Source: an uncultured Coriobacteriaceae bacterium (GTDB lineage: Bacteria; Actinomycetota; Coriobacteriia; Coriobacteriales; Eggerthellaceae). Taken from it: DNA of 50,399 nucleotides. The position numbers and the translations under genes were made by a program. The DNA lies in assembly GCA_902764575.1 (NCBI GenBank), contig CACWWI010000003.1:1-50399 (forward strand). Direction: 5' to 3'. The notes under the pieces were generated by a model. It saw nothing but the letters and a program-made list of their open reading frames with translations, made no database searches and was not told where the DNA came from. This document shows, one piece after another, positions 49,391 through 50,399 of the stretch (its first letter is position 1; every line of letters starts with the position of its first letter).

Positions 49391-50399
49391 TTAGCCGTTT
49401 ACCGGGTGGATGGCAACCTCCCGGACAAAGGAGCCTTGTTCGTCTGCGTCGAGGACGTGGAACGCTATTGCGGGCTCGACATCGAGCGCGCTGAGCGTAT
49501 CGAGGTAGCGCAGGGGGAAGGCGATGGACTGCTCCATGTCGTTCGGCATGAAGTCCGTACAGCCGGCTGCGGTGAGAGCATCGTATGCAGCCTCGCGGTC
49601 GTCGCCGTACACCTTCGCGCATTTCAGGAAGAAGTCCCCCTCGTCGAAGGACAGGATGGGCGTCATGTGCGCGCCGCGTTCGTTGCGCAGGCGCATCTCG
49701 CTGCGGTGCTTGTTGTCGAGCGAGCAGTAGTGCATGCCGAAGGGCACGTCGTGGTCGATGCCCCAGAGCATCAGCTCCAGGCAGAGCTCCTCGCTTCCCG
49801 CAACGGGCAGGCCGCCCGAGTACCCGTAGTCGTACATGACGTCGAACGGCGGGTTGCGAATCTCGAAGCCGCGCTTGGCGTATTCCTCCCAGCTGTGGAA
49901 GGGGAAGCAGAACTCGAGCAGGTTGATGCCGTCGATGCCGATTTCGGCCCAGCGTCCGAACAGCTCGTGCATGCGCTCGTCGGTGTTCGGGATGATGGGC
50001 ATTTCCACCATAATCGACGGAATGTGGCGGCGCGCGATCTCCATGGCCGCAAGCACGCGTTCCTGGCGCTCGATGGGGTCGTCTTGCTTCACGCTGAAGC
50101 GCATCTCGTCGAGGCCGACGTCGTGCAGGCGCTTAGCGCCCTCCTCGGTGAGCAGGTCGCCCGATGTGTACATGCGCTTGTGGGCAGAGGGGAACCGACG
50201 CCCCGCCTCTTCGAGCAGGGCGATCGAATCGTCAAGCACGAGCAGGGGTTCGCCTCCGGTCAGGCCCAGGACGGCGAGATTGTCGTGCCCGTAGCGCCTT
50301 TCGGCATCGTCGAGCCCATCGCGCCAAGGGCAGCCCTCGCGCACGAACTTGTCGTAGTCGGCGACGTTGTAGTTGAAGCAGAAGTAGCAGTCGCGGTGG
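49391..50399 (-). CDS. Radical SAM domain protein (N-terminus beyond the window edge)
   Basis: The frame stays open to nt 50399. The upstream translation ...HRDCYFCFNYN supplies the last two Cys of CX3CX2C. GLTGGEPLL is the SAM-binding GGE motif. Confidence 0.75.
   Translation of the reverse strand, partial: HRDCYFCFNYNVADYDKFVREGCPWRDGLDDAERRYGHDNLAVLGLTGGEPLLVLDDSIALLEEAGRRFPSAHKRMYTSGDLLTEEGAKRLHDVGLDEMRFSVKQDDPIERQERVLAAMEIARRHIPSIMVEMPIIPNTDERMHELFGRWAEIGIDGINLLEFCFPFHSWEEYAKRGFEIRNPPFDVMYDYGYSGGLPVAGSEELCLELMLWGIDHDVPFGMHYCSLDNKHRSEMRLRNERGAHMTPILSFDEGDFFLKCAKVYGDDREAAYDALTAAGCTDFMPNDMEQSIAFPLRYLDTLSALDVEPAIAFHVLDADEQGSFVREVAIHPVNG

Overview
High-GC (about 60-65% by eye) chromosomal window. 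Synteny is actinobacterial (pyrF-mihF-gmk-rpoZ; comEA-comEC-holA; lepA/rpsT/hrcA-dnaJ-mtaB) and the enzymes are anaerobe-type (2-oxoacid:ferredoxin oxidoreductase, PyrK/PyrD class 1B, HemW, several radical SAM proteins, a bis-MGD molybdoenzyme). I infer a Coriobacteriia-like gut actinobacterium; this taxon call is not verified. The first ~29 kb is housekeeping: a kor-like operon, a barnase/barstar pair, a pyrR-pyrB-pyrC-[secreted heptad-repeat protein]-pyrK-pyrD-pyrF cluster, mihF-gmk-rpoZ, thiI, comEA-comEC-holA, dus, hemW, lepA, rpsT, hrcA-dnaJ-mtaB, cysE, queD and thrH. The last ~20 kb is accessory-like: an MFS transporter behind a long structured leader, a divergent Elp3/Trm9-like pair, a Zn-ribbon repeat protein, SlyD, a three-gene cytoplasmic molybdoenzyme operon, an LRR - vWA(DUF2201) - MoxR-type AAA+::methyltransferase operon, a Cof phosphatase, a fused SpoVAC/SpoVAEb-like membrane protein and a partial radical SAM gene. 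No rRNA, tRNA, CRISPR array or transposase was recognised. The best candidates for an undescribed system are: (i) the molybdoenzyme whose catalytic subunit lacks all FS0 cysteines and whose ferredoxin-like partner has lost its cluster cysteines; (ii) the LRR-vWA-AAA+/methyltransferase operon; (iii) the bacterial Elp3 + Trm9-like pair; (iv) a family of nested (Russian-doll) palindromic intergenic elements that keep constant linkers but have different, self-complementary stems. All family assignments come from by-eye motif recognition and need HMM or structure confirmation.
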